Shown: positions 49,148 through 59,287, counted from the first letter of the stretch. The stretch: 64,000 bases of DNA from Candidatus Bathyarchaeia archaeon (GCA_038883335.1 JAVZMI010000002.1:9242-73241), one strand, 5' to 3'. The notes: generated by a model not told the origin, from the letters alone. Program-made: numbers and translations.

Positions 49148-51874
49148 TTAACTTTGCTCAACCAGCTGCTGGATCTGGTTCCATAGGTCTTGGAACCGCT
49201 GGAAGTGCTTACCCGCCTCCTCATATTTGCCTTGAGCCCAGAGCTGGTGGTAAGCTTGGAGTTCATCGTTCGCCTGTTTTATGAGCTCCTCCAGTGTAAG
49301 CTCAGTTGGTGGAGGAGTTGGCGGCGGCGTTACAGCGGCGCCTGGGAGGGTATTCAAGAAGGCTTTGAAGGCTGCCTGAGCCGTGTTCCCAAGACCGACA
49401 TAATATTCGCCTGTAAAAGTAGCGCCTACCGCGGCTATGGTACCTATCTCGCTTACCACACCCCCAGCGCCGGCGGTGTAGACTGGTATGAAATATACGT
49501 CATAGTCACCTATCCGGTAAATTATGTTGTCACCTACTCTTGGTGCGCGGAGTAGCGTTCTGAGTGTGGCAAAGTCCGGATTCCTCTCCAATGCCTCTCT
49601 CACAGCCGTGGGCCCTAGCAGCTTAGTCGGCGATTCTGTGTCAACTTGATAGAAGGTCATCTGGCCGAAATTGTCATACTCGTTGTCCACTATCATATAA
49701 CCAGCCAAGTTTCGGCCCGCTGCCCCCTTCAACTCTAATGACAACAACCCTACATACTTGATTTCCTCGGAGCCAGGAGGCTGGCTCATTACGTAGTAGG
49801 TAGTTAACCCTGCAGGCACCTCGTAGAACATTCTTCCAACAATAAATGTGACAGGATCTCTTACATGGTAGTAGTTATACATGCCCACTCGCCACTCGAA
49901 GAGTTCTTGCGGGTATCTTAGTTGGTCACGGAGCCAGTCTGGGACCTCGCTCATAACGTAGTCGCTGTAGACAGTTTTGAATAGTGTACTGAAGAAGTCG
50001 TCGCCTAAGACTAGGAGTTGGATGCTACCATTGTAGATATCAATTAGAGCGTAGCCTGTTAGCCTCATGAAGTAGTTTTCCCTGCTCCAAGGTACATTAT
50101 TGACGTTGAGGTTCACTATTAACGGCATCAGCCAATAGGTATCTTTCCCGTCGGTCACGGGCAGCATATCAACTTGCTTCTCGCCGAAGGTATACTGGAA
50201 GTAGGGGAAGAGTAAGCTTGTACGGTCATATACATCCTTATATCGCATTACATGGACGGTTTGGTCGCGGAAAGATAGGAAGAATATAAACTCGAAGATC
50301 CAACTCAATGGCGGCTGGAGATCTATCCCGCCAGTCCCATCGTAGAAGAAGTTCTCTATCTCGTCTGTTGTCTGACGGCCAACAGGGTAAGCAGCCCAGA
50401 CTTCGTGGAGAAGACCTCCTTCACCATAATAGATTCTTCTCTGTTTGAAGAAACTTCCAGTATCAACGATCGTGCCTTTGTTGGCGTCTAACATTAAGAA
50501 ACCCCTGGGGGCGTGAGTGTAAACTAGATGTTCGGCATACCATTTATCTTGCTGTAAGACGGTAGCAGGCAGGACTGGTTTCATCGAGGCACTCCAATAC
50601 AAAGTCTTATTGAAGCGTAATATGTCTGAATCCTGGAAATCTAGATACGGGATGAGCCCTATCTCGGGCTTCAGCTTGGCGAATGCCGCTTCCCAATCCC
50701 ATAACCTTATACGATCTAAAATCTCAGCGTTTTCTGAGATTACCGCGTCGGCTCCTTCAGACGGAGCCTTTAACATACCGAAATGATGGGGCACCTCCTG
50801 TACTTCGTCAAGTTGGGCTAGATAGCGGTTGACAGAAATTTGTTGCGTCACGTAAGGACCCAGCCATTCGCGTTTTCTGGCGTCGGCAGTGCTGTTCTGT
50901 ATTGCGATAGCTGAGCTTACTATGAGAACTATCAGGGCTACAGCTACCATTCTAGTGAATATGCCACGCTTTGTGAGAAATAAACCCAACCCTCTGTCTT
51001 TTACGCCGTCCAGATATGCAAAGAAGCAGAACAATATTCCAGCGGCAGCGAGGCCTCCGATAATGAGCTTAGTGTTGTAGTCTATGTAGGAAGTGAAGAA
51101 CGAGTTTATCACCCCCCAAAAAAGCCCCATAGCGATAAGTGCCTCCACTACCGCCACTCGCCAACCTATTCTCCGCCTCCCCTCACTCATCTCCACAACT
51201 GAGGGTGTGAAAACTCTGATGAGTTGCGTGAGGGCGACTAGGAGACCTAGGCGTATTCCTATGGCTCCAAGTACCGGGGCGATGATGAGGCTTAAGGCAG
51301 GCACCATAGGGATGACGATCTCTTGGGCGTATGCCGTGTCGAAGGGCGGGGTGACGAAGGGAAGACTGAAGATGCCAGTTACGGAACCCAAATTAGCGTC
51401 CCACCCATCCACCATAGCCACCACAGCCATCCCAAATAGGAGGTTCATGAGCAGCAACATCCCAAGAATCACTTTGGTAGCCTGCCATGCGACGAAGTTG
51501 AAAGGCGTCATCCTGAAGGTTTTGAAATCTAAGTAGTTCGGGGGAACAGCCTCCAGGATGCCTCTCTGGCGGATGAGCCGTATTATTAGACGGACAGCCC
51601 ACCAAACGATAGAGCGCCTGTTCTTAATATCGATTCGTGCGAAGGCAATTACTGCCAAGATAAAGCCCCCGACCAGTTGGAAGTAAATGGGGCGTATGTA
51701 GAGATCACCAAACTCCAATATGTTAAGGTAGAACCATAGAATATTCCCAACAGAGGCTAAGCTGATAATCATCGCCAAGGCGGCTACTAGCATTACGCGT
51801 AGCAACCGCGGATAAGCCGCTTTGGTGGCGCCTCCTCCCATGGCATCATCTGAACCCATTGCGTCATCCAGCAC
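49148..51874 (-). CDS. UPF0182-family large membrane protein
   Basis: 908 aa. About 7 N-terminal TM helices and a large beta-rich extracytoplasmic part with RYPQELF. Pro-rich linker PPPTPPPT near the C-terminus. Family call is from remembered layout. Confidence 0.55.
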   Translation of the reverse strand: MLDDAMGSDDAMGGGATKAAYPRLLRVMLVAALAMIISLASVGNILWFYLNILEFGDLYIRPIYFQLVGGFILAVIAFARIDIKNRRSIVWWAVRLIIRLIRQRGILEAVPPNYLDFKTFRMTPFNFVAWQATKVILGMLLLMNLLFGMAVVAMVDGWDANLGSVTGIFSLPFVTPPFDTAYAQEIVIPMVPALSLIIAPVLGAIGIRLGLLVALTQLIRVFTPSVVEMSEGRRRIGWRVAVVEALIAMGLFWGVINSFFTSYIDYNTKLIIGGLAAAGILFCFFAYLDGVKDRGLGLFLTKRGIFTRMVAVALIVLIVSSAIAIQNSTADARKREWLGPYVTQQISVNRYLAQLDEVQEVPHHFGMLKAPSEGADAVISENAEILDRIRLWDWEAAFAKLKPEIGLIPYLDFQDSDILRFNKTLYWSASMKPVLPATVLQQDKWYAEHLVYTHAPRGFLMLDANKGTIVDTGSFFKQRRIYYGEGGLLHEVWAAYPVGRQTTDEIENFFYDGTGGIDLQPPLSWIFEFIFFLSFRDQTVHVMRYKDVYDRTSLLFPYFQYTFGEKQVDMLPVTDGKDTYWLMPLIVNLNVNNVPWSRENYFMRLTGYALIDIYNGSIQLLVLGDDFFSTLFKTVYSDYVMSEVPDWLRDQLRYPQELFEWRVGMYNYYHVRDPVTFIVGRMFYEVPAGLTTYYVMSQPPGSEEIKYVGLLSLELKGAAGRNLAGYMIVDNEYDNFGQMTFYQVDTESPTKLLGPTAVREALERNPDFATLRTLLRAPRVGDNIIYRIGDYDVYFIPVYTAGAGGVVSEIGTIAAVGATFTGEYYVGLGNTAQAAFKAFLNTLPGAAVTPPPTPPPTELTLEELIKQANDELQAYHQLWAQGKYEEAGKHFQRFQDLWNQIQQLVEQS

Positions 51875-52166
51875 AGGCAGATTTAGTAACCAACATTAAA
51901 GCCCACCTATTTTTAAATCTATGTATTTACTTTGAGGATATACCGAAACTTTTTAGCTCGCCTAGCGGAATCCATCAAACTCAGTGCATGCGAAGAATGC
52001 CACACAACCTTAAAACGTAATTTTTAATTGGTGGATAGTCCACGGTTTTCATTGCCAAACTCTTAAAATATCAGCCCACTCAATTTCAACCACCATGAGA
52101 CGCTGAAGGGTGCATCTAACTTTATTAGAGGCAGAAGTTAAAAATCTAAGCCAACAGGGGAACACT

Positions 52167-52412
52167 ATGAGTGAAGTTAAGACTTTCAAAGTGAAAGGAG
52201 AGGTTAAAACTGGCTTCAAGGGAATGCCCTTCGCGAAAGAAGTCAGGGCACTCAGTATGGAGGAGGCTGTGGGGAAAGTCTACGATGAGATCGGCAGTAA
52301 GCATGGAGTGAAGCGGCATCAGATTAAAATTCTAAACGCAGAGGAGATAGACCCCCACACAGCCAAAAATCCTCTAATAGCTAAGTTATCAAGAAATGGT
52401 GAACAGAAATGA
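52167..52412 (+). CDS. rplX: ribosomal protein LX (eL20/L18Ae)
   Basis: MSEVKTFKVKGEVKTGFKGMPFAKEVRALSMEEAVGKVYDEIGSKHGVKRHQIKI. The internal ATG is preceded by GGGGA. Context LX / prefoldin-alpha / FtsY is conserved in archaea. Confidence 0.75.
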   Translation: MSEVKTFKVKGEVKTGFKGMPFAKEVRALSMEEAVGKVYDEIGSKHGVKRHQIKILNAEEIDPHTAKNPLIAKLSRNGEQK

Positions 52413-52846
52413 GCGACGGATCCAAGGAGGAGTTGGAAGATAAGCTGAGGAATCTAATCATCGAATCCCGAATTTTAGAAGGTACCGCCTCGGAGATACA
52501 AGCCAGGATAGGAGTCGTAGACGCCGCAGCGAGGGAGTATAGGGTCTCAGAACTCACTTTGGCGGGGCTGAAGGAAGTTGGGAAAGGATCTGAAATACTC
52601 GTCCCAATAGGTGGAGGGTCATATCTAAAAGCTTCGATCGCCGACGTAGAGAATGTTGTCACTGGCATAGGAGCGGGTGTTACTCTCGAGAAGAGACTCC
52701 CTGAGGCTGAAAGCTACGTAAAAACTAGGATAGAGGAGCTTAAAAAGGTGAGGTCTGCGTTAGAGGAACAATTTAGCCAGGTAATGGGAAGGATGCAAGC
52801 GGTGAGGCGAGAGATGGAGCAAGTTATAGCTAAACTGAGAATGTGA
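52409..52846 (+). CDS. pfdA: prefoldin alpha subunit
   Basis: 145 aa. Coiled coils flanking the ILVPIGGGSYLKASIADVENVVTGIGAGVTLEK beta-hairpin core. Confidence 0.8.
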   Translation: MSDGSKEELEDKLRNLIIESRILEGTASEIQARIGVVDAAAREYRVSELTLAGLKEVGKGSEILVPIGGGSYLKASIADVENVVTGIGAGVTLEKRLPEAESYVKTRIEELKKVRSALEEQFSQVMGRMQAVRREMEQVIAKLRM

Positions 52847-52853
52847 CTACCTG

Positions 52854-53765
52854 ATGTTCGAACGGTTAAAGAGAAGTTTCAGCTTCCTCATCGAAAAGGT
52901 TACAACCGAGACGTTAAGCGAGGAGAAACTTGACTCTATCCTATGGGATTTTAAAGTAGCCCTTATGGAGAGTGATGTAGCCTTAGCTGTAGTAGATAAG
53001 ATCTGTGAGGATCTTAAGAAAAATCTCGCCGGGTTGAAGGTTGGAAGACTGGAAGACAGAAAGAAGATCGTGAAGGAGGCTCTAGTGAAGTCACTTATAG
53101 ATGTGCTAACGCATGAGGGCGAGGTAGACCTCCTAAAGTTAGCCGAAGAGAAACGAAAGCAGAGGATACCTCTCTCCATAGTCTTCGTAGGCATAAACGG
53201 GACTGGAAAGACTACAACCGTAGCCAAAGTTTCACGGCTATTCATGGATAAAGGCTACTCCGTAGTATTAGCTTGCAGCGATACCTATAGAGCTGGCGCG
53301 ATCGAGCAGCTAGAGGAGCATGCCAAGCGCCTCGGAGTGAAGATGATTAAACACCAGTATGGGTCTGACGCTGCCTCGGTAGCTTTCGATGGTGTAGCTT
53401 ATGCGAAGGCGAGGGGGATTAACGTGGTATTAATTGATACGGCTGGTAGGATTGAAACTAACCGTAACCTGCTGGAGGAGATGCGGAAGATAGTGAAGGT
53501 TGTTAACCCTGATTTGGTGATCTTTGTTGGGGACGCTTTAGCTGGGAACGATGCTGCAACGCAGGCGGAGGAGTTCAGCAAGTTCGTACCCATATCTGCG
53601 TCTATACTTACTAAGATGGATGCCGACGCGAAAGGTGGGGCTGCTCTATCGGTGGCTTATGTGACTAAGAAACCTATAATTTTGATTGGAGTTGGCCAAA
53701 CCTATACGGACCTAGTACCCTTTAAACCGGCAGAGTTCGCAGAAACCCTGGTGGGAAAACTGTAG
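52854..53765 (+). CDS. ftsY: signal recognition particle receptor FtsY
   Basis: 303 aa. GINGTGKTTT, DTAGR, TKMD SRP-GTPase motifs. Confidence 0.9.
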   Translation: MFERLKRSFSFLIEKVTTETLSEEKLDSILWDFKVALMESDVALAVVDKICEDLKKNLAGLKVGRLEDRKKIVKEALVKSLIDVLTHEGEVDLLKLAEEKRKQRIPLSIVFVGINGTGKTTTVAKVSRLFMDKGYSVVLACSDTYRAGAIEQLEEHAKRLGVKMIKHQYGSDAASVAFDGVAYAKARGINVVLIDTAGRIETNRNLLEEMRKIVKVVNPDLVIFVGDALAGNDAATQAEEFSKFVPISASILTKMDADAKGGAALSVAYVTKKPIILIGVGQTYTDLVPFKPAEFAETLVGKL

Positions 53766-53797
53766 GCTTCAGTGTAGCATTATTAGGTGGAACCTAG

Positions 53798-54607
53798 GTG
53801 ACCTATCTTGTAGCGGCCTCAAAGCTTGACTCAGCAGCCCTCAACATTGCAGAGAAGTTAATCGCAAAATATGGCTTCAGGGCGGTTGGGCGGTATGCTG
53901 GGTGGGGTGAAATCTACGAGAGAGACGATGTGAAGTTACTCTACCTTGACATTGACAGTGTCACAGTAACCAGCCTTGAAAGGTTCTCTGACGTTGAGGC
54001 AGTGGTCTTCGCCTCGAGGCATAAGAGCGAGAGCGGTGAACCTACCCTAACAGTACATGCCCCAGGGAACCTAACGGCGGAGGCCAGGCATGGTGGACGC
54101 CCTCGAGAGTTGGCTTGGGCTTGGCCTCAGAGGATGAGAAACGCCTTGAAAAAAATGATGACGAGGGCTGAGGGTACAGAGTATAAGGTCTCCCTAGAGG
54201 CAACACACCACGGTCCAACCTCGCTTACCATGCCTGTCTGGTTTGTGGAGATTGGAGGCTCAGATCGATATTGGTGTGATAGTGAGGCTGGGATGATTGC
54301 AGCTGAGGCGATTTGGGCGTCATTAAAAGAGCCGCCGGAGGGTCGGGGGTGTGTAGGCTTTGGAGGAGGACACTACGCTCCGAGGCATACAGCCATATGT
54401 TTGGAGAGCGATCTGGCAATAGGTCACATCGTCCCAAAATATCTGCTGGATTTGGTCACTGACGCCATAATAGCTGAGGCGCTTAGTAAGACTTTAGGGG
54501 GCTGTAGTGCCGCTGTCATAGATTGGAAGGGGTTTAAAGGTTCTCAGAGAAGCCGTATATTAGGCGCCTTAAGCAAGAGAGGTGTGGTGGAGGTTATAAA
54601 GGTTTAA
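53798..54607 (+). CDS. dtdA: D-aminoacyl-tRNA deacylase, archaeal type (DtdA)
   Basis: 269 aa. EATHHGP and FGGGHYAPR motifs. Confidence 0.75.
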   Translation: MTYLVAASKLDSAALNIAEKLIAKYGFRAVGRYAGWGEIYERDDVKLLYLDIDSVTVTSLERFSDVEAVVFASRHKSESGEPTLTVHAPGNLTAEARHGGRPRELAWAWPQRMRNALKKMMTRAEGTEYKVSLEATHHGPTSLTMPVWFVEIGGSDRYWCDSEAGMIAAEAIWASLKEPPEGRGCVGFGGGHYAPRHTAICLESDLAIGHIVPKYLLDLVTDAIIAEALSKTLGGCSAAVIDWKGFKGSQRSRILGALSKRGVVEVIKV

Positions 54608-54634
54608 AAACCACCATCCTCAAAACTTGGAGGT

Positions 54635-54814
54635 GTGGGCTTGAAGAGTTGGTTCACATCTGCAAGTAAACTGTTACGGTCCGCCTCAAAGCCGGGGATA
54701 GATGAGTTCTGGCTACTGTTCCGAGTATGCCTTATAGGGATAGCAGTGCTAGGAGTTCTTGGCTTCATAATAAGGCTCATCTTTGCCTTGATTGGGCTGG
54801 CTGGGGTAGTGTAG
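54635..54814 (+). CDS. secE: preprotein translocase subunit SecE (Sec61 gamma)
   Basis: Missed by the ORF track because of its GTG/TTG start. Translation VGLKSWFTSASKLLRSASKPGIDEFWLLFRVCLIGIAVLGVLGFIIRLIFALIGLAGVV has a single C-terminal TM helix and the KPxxxEF motif. Sits upstream of spt5 as expected. GGAGG lies 4 nt upstream. Confidence 0.6.
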   Translation: MGLKSWFTSASKLLRSASKPGIDEFWLLFRVCLIGIAVLGVLGFIIRLIFALIGLAGVV

Positions 54815-54900
54815 CGGTAAAAGGCCTAAGCGGTAATGGGAGATGTTATATATTTTTAAGCATGTTTGTTCTCTACGGTCTGCTCTCTGAGAGGGGAAAA

Positions 54901-55368
54901 ATGAGTAGCGAAGGTAAAGCCCAGATCTATGTCCTCCGCACAACTGCCGGACAGGAACGCAATGTAGCGAACTTGCTCCAGAGTAGAGCCACTGTCGCTC
55001 ATGCACCCATCTTCAGCATAATGGTTCCAGAAATGTTGAGGGGGTATATCTTCATCGAGGCTTTAGGTCCTCACTTTGTGGATGAACTTGCTTCCGGTGT
55101 CAAGCATGCAAGGCAGAGGGTTGCGGGTGTTGTTAAAGTCTCGGAGTTAGAGAAGTATATAATTACGAAGCCTGTTATCGAGGAGTTGAACGTTGAGGAT
55201 GTAGTGGATGTAATCGGGGGGCCACTTAAAGGCATGAGGGCGAAGATTACCAAAATAGATAAATTGAAGAATGAGGTTACTCTTGAACTTCTAGAGGCAA
55301 CAGTCCCTTTGCCAATAACTGTTCACGCAGATTATGTAAGGTTGGTGGAGCGAGCTAAGAAGGGTTAA
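54901..55368 (+). CDS. spt5: transcription elongation factor Spt5 (NusG homologue)
   Basis: NGN domain IYVLRTTAGQERNVANLL and KOW motif. The ORF track's upstream extension from 54727 overlaps secE and is not credited. GAGGGG precedes this ATG. Confidence 0.8.
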   Translation: MSSEGKAQIYVLRTTAGQERNVANLLQSRATVAHAPIFSIMVPEMLRGYIFIEALGPHFVDELASGVKHARQRVAGVVKVSELEKYIITKPVIEELNVEDVVDVIGGPLKGMRAKITKIDKLKNEVTLELLEATVPLPITVHADYVRLVERAKKG

Positions 55369-55372
55369 GATT

Positions 55373-55855
55373 ATGGGTGAGCAGAAGATCGTAGAGGCGC
55401 TTGTAAGCGGGGGTAAAGCTACAGCTGGACCACCTCTAGGACCGAGCCTAGGCCCACTGGGGGTTAACGTGGTTGCTGTTGTCAACAAGATAAACGAGTT
55501 GACGAAAGATTATGCTGGCATGAAAGTTCCAGTCAAGATTAAGGTAGATGTCAGCACCAAGCAGTTTGAGGTAGAGCTTGGAACCCCCTCCACCGTGGCG
55601 TTAATAGTGAGGGAGTTGGGCATCCAGAAGGGTTCAGGGAACCCTAAGGCTGTGAAGGTGGGTAACATTACGATGGAACAAATTCGAAAGATAGCGAAGA
55701 TAAAGATGACAGAGACCTATGCGAAGGACCTCAAAGGGGCTGTCAGAGAGGTTTTAGGGGTCTGTACCAGCATGGGTGTCACAGTTGAGGGAAAAGACCC
55801 TAAAGAAGTTGGGAGAGAGGTAAAAGAGGGACTCTACGACGGAGTCCTCAAATAA
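55373..55855 (+). CDS. rpl11: ribosomal protein L11 (uL11)
   Basis: GKATAGPPLGPSLGPLGVNV. Confidence 0.9.
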   Translation: MGEQKIVEALVSGGKATAGPPLGPSLGPLGVNVVAVVNKINELTKDYAGMKVPVKIKVDVSTKQFEVELGTPSTVALIVRELGIQKGSGNPKAVKVGNITMEQIRKIAKIKMTETYAKDLKGAVREVLGVCTSMGVTVEGKDPKEVGREVKEGLYDGVLK

Positions 55856-55856
55856 A

Positions 55857-56537
55857 TTGATGCAGGGCAGGGGCTTTGTGATGTCTGCAGAGATCAAAAA
55901 GTTTACAGCAGCCTTGGAAGCGATCAAGCGAAGTAGAAAGAGAGGATTCAACCAGTCAGTAGATCTGATAGTTAACCTAAAAGACATCGACATGAAGTCT
56001 GGTAGCAAGATAAATGAGCTGATTGAACTTCCTCACTCCATACAAAAGGCAATTAAGGTATGCGTTGTAGGTTCAGGTCAGATGGCATTAGATGCGAAGA
56101 AGGAGGGGGCAGACGGGGTTCTCCGGAGAGAAGATCTTGAGGTTTTGAGTAAGGATAAGAAGGCTGCTCGGAAGCTCGTATCACAATATGATTTCTTCAT
56201 ATCAGAAGCATCTCTGATGCCAATGGTAGGTAAGACTCTTGGCGTCTTTCTCGGTCCGCGGGGGAAGATGCCTACGCCGGTTCCGCCTAATGCACCCCTC
56301 GGCCCAATAATTGCTCGTCATAAAAAGTCAGTTCAGGTGAAGTTAAAAGATAACCCTACTATTCAGTGTAGAGTTGGAACTGAGGATATGTCAGTCGACC
56401 AGTTGTATGAGAATGTGAAGGCGGTTTTGGAGAGGTTGAAGCAGAAGTTGGAGCGTGGTGCGAGGAACATCGGAGCGATTTACCTCAAAACCACTATGGG
56501 GGAGCCAATTAAGATTGAGTTGGGAGATGAGAAGTAG
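55857..56537 (+). CDS. rpl1: ribosomal protein L1 (uL1)
   Basis: 226 aa, typical uL1. Confidence 0.9.
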   Translation: MMQGRGFVMSAEIKKFTAALEAIKRSRKRGFNQSVDLIVNLKDIDMKSGSKINELIELPHSIQKAIKVCVVGSGQMALDAKKEGADGVLRREDLEVLSKDKKAARKLVSQYDFFISEASLMPMVGKTLGVFLGPRGKMPTPVPPNAPLGPIIARHKKSVQVKLKDNPTIQCRVGTEDMSVDQLYENVKAVLERLKQKLERGARNIGAIYLKTTMGEPIKIELGDEK

Positions 56538-57418
56538 TGGCTCTAAAACTGAAGGAAGTAAAGGATTGGAAGAGAAGCGAAGTCAAGAAGATCATTGAGC
56601 TCATTCGAAAATATAGGGTAGTAGCTTTAGCTGACCTTTACAAGGTGAGAGCGGCTCAGATCCAAGAGCTGAGGAAGAAGTTGAGGGGAGAACTTGTCTT
56701 CAGATGTTCCAAGTCTAGTCTCTTGAAGAGGGCTCTAAAGGAAGTGGCAGCCGAGAAGCCCAATATTGACAGGCTGATGGAGAGTCTCAACAGATCTAGT
56801 GCCTGCATCTACACAGAACTCGACGCCTTCAAGCTCTCCTTCCTCCTTGAGAAGAGCAAGATCCCCATGCCAGCTAAGGCTGAAGATATAGCCCCGCGTG
56901 ACATTGTGATTGCTGAAGGTAATACTGGGATGCCTCCAGGACCGATAATAAGCGAGTTCACTGAGTTGAATGTGCCTACCAAGATTGAGGGCGGAAGCAT
57001 CTGGATAGTTGAGGATACCGTGGTGGTGGAGAAGGGAAAACCCATCTCCGCCAAGGTTGCGAGCCTTCTATCTAAGTTAGGTATAAAACCGATGGAGAGC
57101 GGAATAAGCATCAATATTGCCTATGAGAATGGACTGATCTACCCCCAAGAACTGTTAAGGATAGACCTCCAAGCGACAAAGGCAAGCCTCCAGAAGGCGG
57201 TTGAGGATGCTTTCAACCTCGCCCTGAACTTGGCGTACCCAACACCTGAAACCCTACCGATACTTTTAGGGCGTGGCATTCAAGAGTCTATGAACCTCGC
57301 GGCAGCTGGCGTAGATTTCGGCAAGGATACACTCCCCCTATTACTGGGTAAGTGCCATAGCGAAGCTGTAGTCTTATTGGAAAAGTTGAAAGAGAAGGCC
57401 CCCACATTAGCATCATAA
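56537..57418 (+). CDS. rpl10: ribosomal protein L10 (uL10/P0), C-terminally short (293 aa, no acidic tail)
   Basis: N-terminal uL10 domain with the archaeal insertion. C-terminus ends ...LLEKLKEKAPTLAS, without the poly-Glu / GLxALFG tail. Confidence 0.85.
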   Translation: MALKLKEVKDWKRSEVKKIIELIRKYRVVALADLYKVRAAQIQELRKKLRGELVFRCSKSSLLKRALKEVAAEKPNIDRLMESLNRSSACIYTELDAFKLSFLLEKSKIPMPAKAEDIAPRDIVIAEGNTGMPPGPIISEFTELNVPTKIEGGSIWIVEDTVVVEKGKPISAKVASLLSKLGIKPMESGISINIAYENGLIYPQELLRIDLQATKASLQKAVEDAFNLALNLAYPTPETLPILLGRGIQESMNLAAAGVDFGKDTLPLLLGKCHSEAVVLLEKLKEKAPTLAS

Positions 57419-57476
57419 AGAGGCAAACGTCCAGCTTGAGGGGCTAGCGGTTGGAGGACTCCATGTTCAGATGGTC

Positions 57477-58604
57477 CTACGGCCCCTTCAAGTTTAACCT
57501 CTTAAGAACCTTTGATATGAGTCGTTGTGAGGCAGCTGTCTTTATACCTTGGGGATTGAAATGTGTGAGAGCTGCCTCAAACCCCTCCTGCCTCAGCGCC
57601 TCAACTATGCGGGATATCGGTGGAGTTTGGAGATTTAGAAGGTCGCAAAGACGACTTGGAATATAATAGGTTGGGGGGGCCCCAATCTCTCCTATAATCC
57701 TTTTTACTATACTTTCAACACGCCTTGCATGGCTGAGGCGTGTGCCTCCGATTGCTTCCTCGATTCTCTGACAGAGGTTTTTATTCCACAGTCCGCCTAA
57801 CCAGAGAGGCCCAGCGTATTCAAACTCTCCACCACACTCTTCACAGGATAACCCAAGAAACTTCGGGAAGAGGCCTCTAGCGGGCGTACGGTTTAAACAT
57901 CTGAAGCAGTGAAGGATGAAGCCCATGGCTTCCAAGTATGAGTCTGCGTCTCTCGCCCCACGCTTCAGTCTTAGGTATACCCTCACATAATGATCAGTGT
58001 AGTGGCAGAAGAGAGGTTCAGCAACCTGATCCTTACTCGCAGCTACCCGGATAGCAAACCCAACTAGGAGCCTAACAGCTAACTCATGGCAGTACTCAGT
58101 TCGCAGAGGTTTAGCCCCATAACGCCTTACACATGCCTTTTGATGTGTACCACATAAGGGGGCCATATCGGTAGCAGTGAGAGCTACGACCCCTCCATCA
58201 CGTAAAGCCCTAAATGCCGAGTCGAGGAATGGAGCTGGAGAGCCGAAAGGGTCTAGATCTATATAGTCGAATCGACAACCTGGTTGTGCGTGGAGGCTTA
58301 GTAGAAGGTTAGCATCTTTATCTTCAACCTTCACCAAACCGTCGAAACCTAACCTTTCGACGTTTAATTTAGCTAGTTGAGCTGCATTGGGGTTCAGATC
58401 ATTGATCACGATCTCTCTTATGCCCTTGACCTCGGACGCAAACCTGAGGCCTCTCACCCCGCAGCCTGTGAGGGGTTCACATACTCTTAGAGGACGACCA
58501 ACCAACTCTTGGAATACCTTCAGGAATATAACGGCTACATCTCTGTTGAGACCCATTCGGGGGTTATAGAATACTGGACTTTTGAGAACACCACTACCTC
58601 CCAT
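57477..58604 (-). CDS. trm1: tRNA (guanine26-N2)-dimethyltransferase
   Basis: 375 aa. FYNPRMGLNRD and SAM-binding motifs. C-terminal Cys cluster. Confidence 0.85.
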   Translation of the reverse strand: MGGSGVLKSPVFYNPRMGLNRDVAVIFLKVFQELVGRPLRVCEPLTGCGVRGLRFASEVKGIREIVINDLNPNAAQLAKLNVERLGFDGLVKVEDKDANLLLSLHAQPGCRFDYIDLDPFGSPAPFLDSAFRALRDGGVVALTATDMAPLCGTHQKACVRRYGAKPLRTEYCHELAVRLLVGFAIRVAASKDQVAEPLFCHYTDHYVRVYLRLKRGARDADSYLEAMGFILHCFRCLNRTPARGLFPKFLGLSCEECGGEFEYAGPLWLGGLWNKNLCQRIEEAIGGTRLSHARRVESIVKRIIGEIGAPPTYYIPSRLCDLLNLQTPPISRIVEALRQEGFEAALTHFNPQGIKTAASQRLISKVLKRLNLKGP

Positions 58605-58753
58605 GAATTCAATCTTAGGAATTAGAAAGGAGACACCACCTTCCTCAGCCTCTACTAGAGGAAACCCTACCCCTAGCGAAGAGCAACCACCAACCAGGAG
58701 TCCTTCACCACCAGTGAAGTTATTTTTACCTCAACACTTAAGATTATAGCAGA

Positions 58754-59287
58754 TTGAAGAAGCTAATCTTCCTGACAGGCCACCCGGGGGTAGGTAAGAC
58801 GACAGCCCTCAGAAGGGCGATAAACCTACTCACAGAGAGAGGTTTGAGAGTGGGCGGGATGGTCTCCTCCGAGATTAGAGAAGGGGGGAGACGCGTTGGC
58901 TTCGAGGTTATTGATATCTCCACGAGCCGAAGGGGCATCTTAGCCCAGGTTTACAAAGGCGTAGGACCCAGATTCGGCAGGTATACTGTGAACATTGCGG
59001 ACTTGGTCGCGGTAGGTGTTAACGCGATAAAGAGGGCAGTGAACACCGCCGACATAATTGTCGTGGATGAGGTCGGGCCTATGGAATTACTCTCACCTGA
59101 ATTCAGGGAGGCTGTGAAAAAGGCAGTGGACTCTGGAAAGGTTGTGGTAGGCACGCTTCACCATAATGCAAGAGGTGATCTGATAGACTGGATAAGATCT
59201 AACCTCGCCTCCAAAATAATCGAGGTCACACTAGCCAACAGGGAAGGATTACCTAGAGCTATAGTTGATATGGTATTAGACGCATAA
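58754..59287 (+). CDS. nucleoside-triphosphatase THEP1 family (COG1618)
   Basis: 177 aa. Walker A GHPGVGKTT, DExG-like VVDEVGPME. Confidence 0.8.
   Translation: MKKLIFLTGHPGVGKTTALRRAINLLTERGLRVGGMVSSEIREGGRRVGFEVIDISTSRRGILAQVYKGVGPRFGRYTVNIADLVAVGVNAIKRAVNTADIIVVDEVGPMELLSPEFREAVKKAVDSGKVVVGTLHHNARGDLIDWIRSNLASKIIEVTLANREGLPRAIVDMVLDA

Noticed and set aside
57451-57666. 71-aa plus-strand ORF immediately after rpl10; considered as a possible L12/P1
   Set aside because: No Ala/Glu-rich or GLxALFG features. It lies antisense to the trm1 C-terminus.
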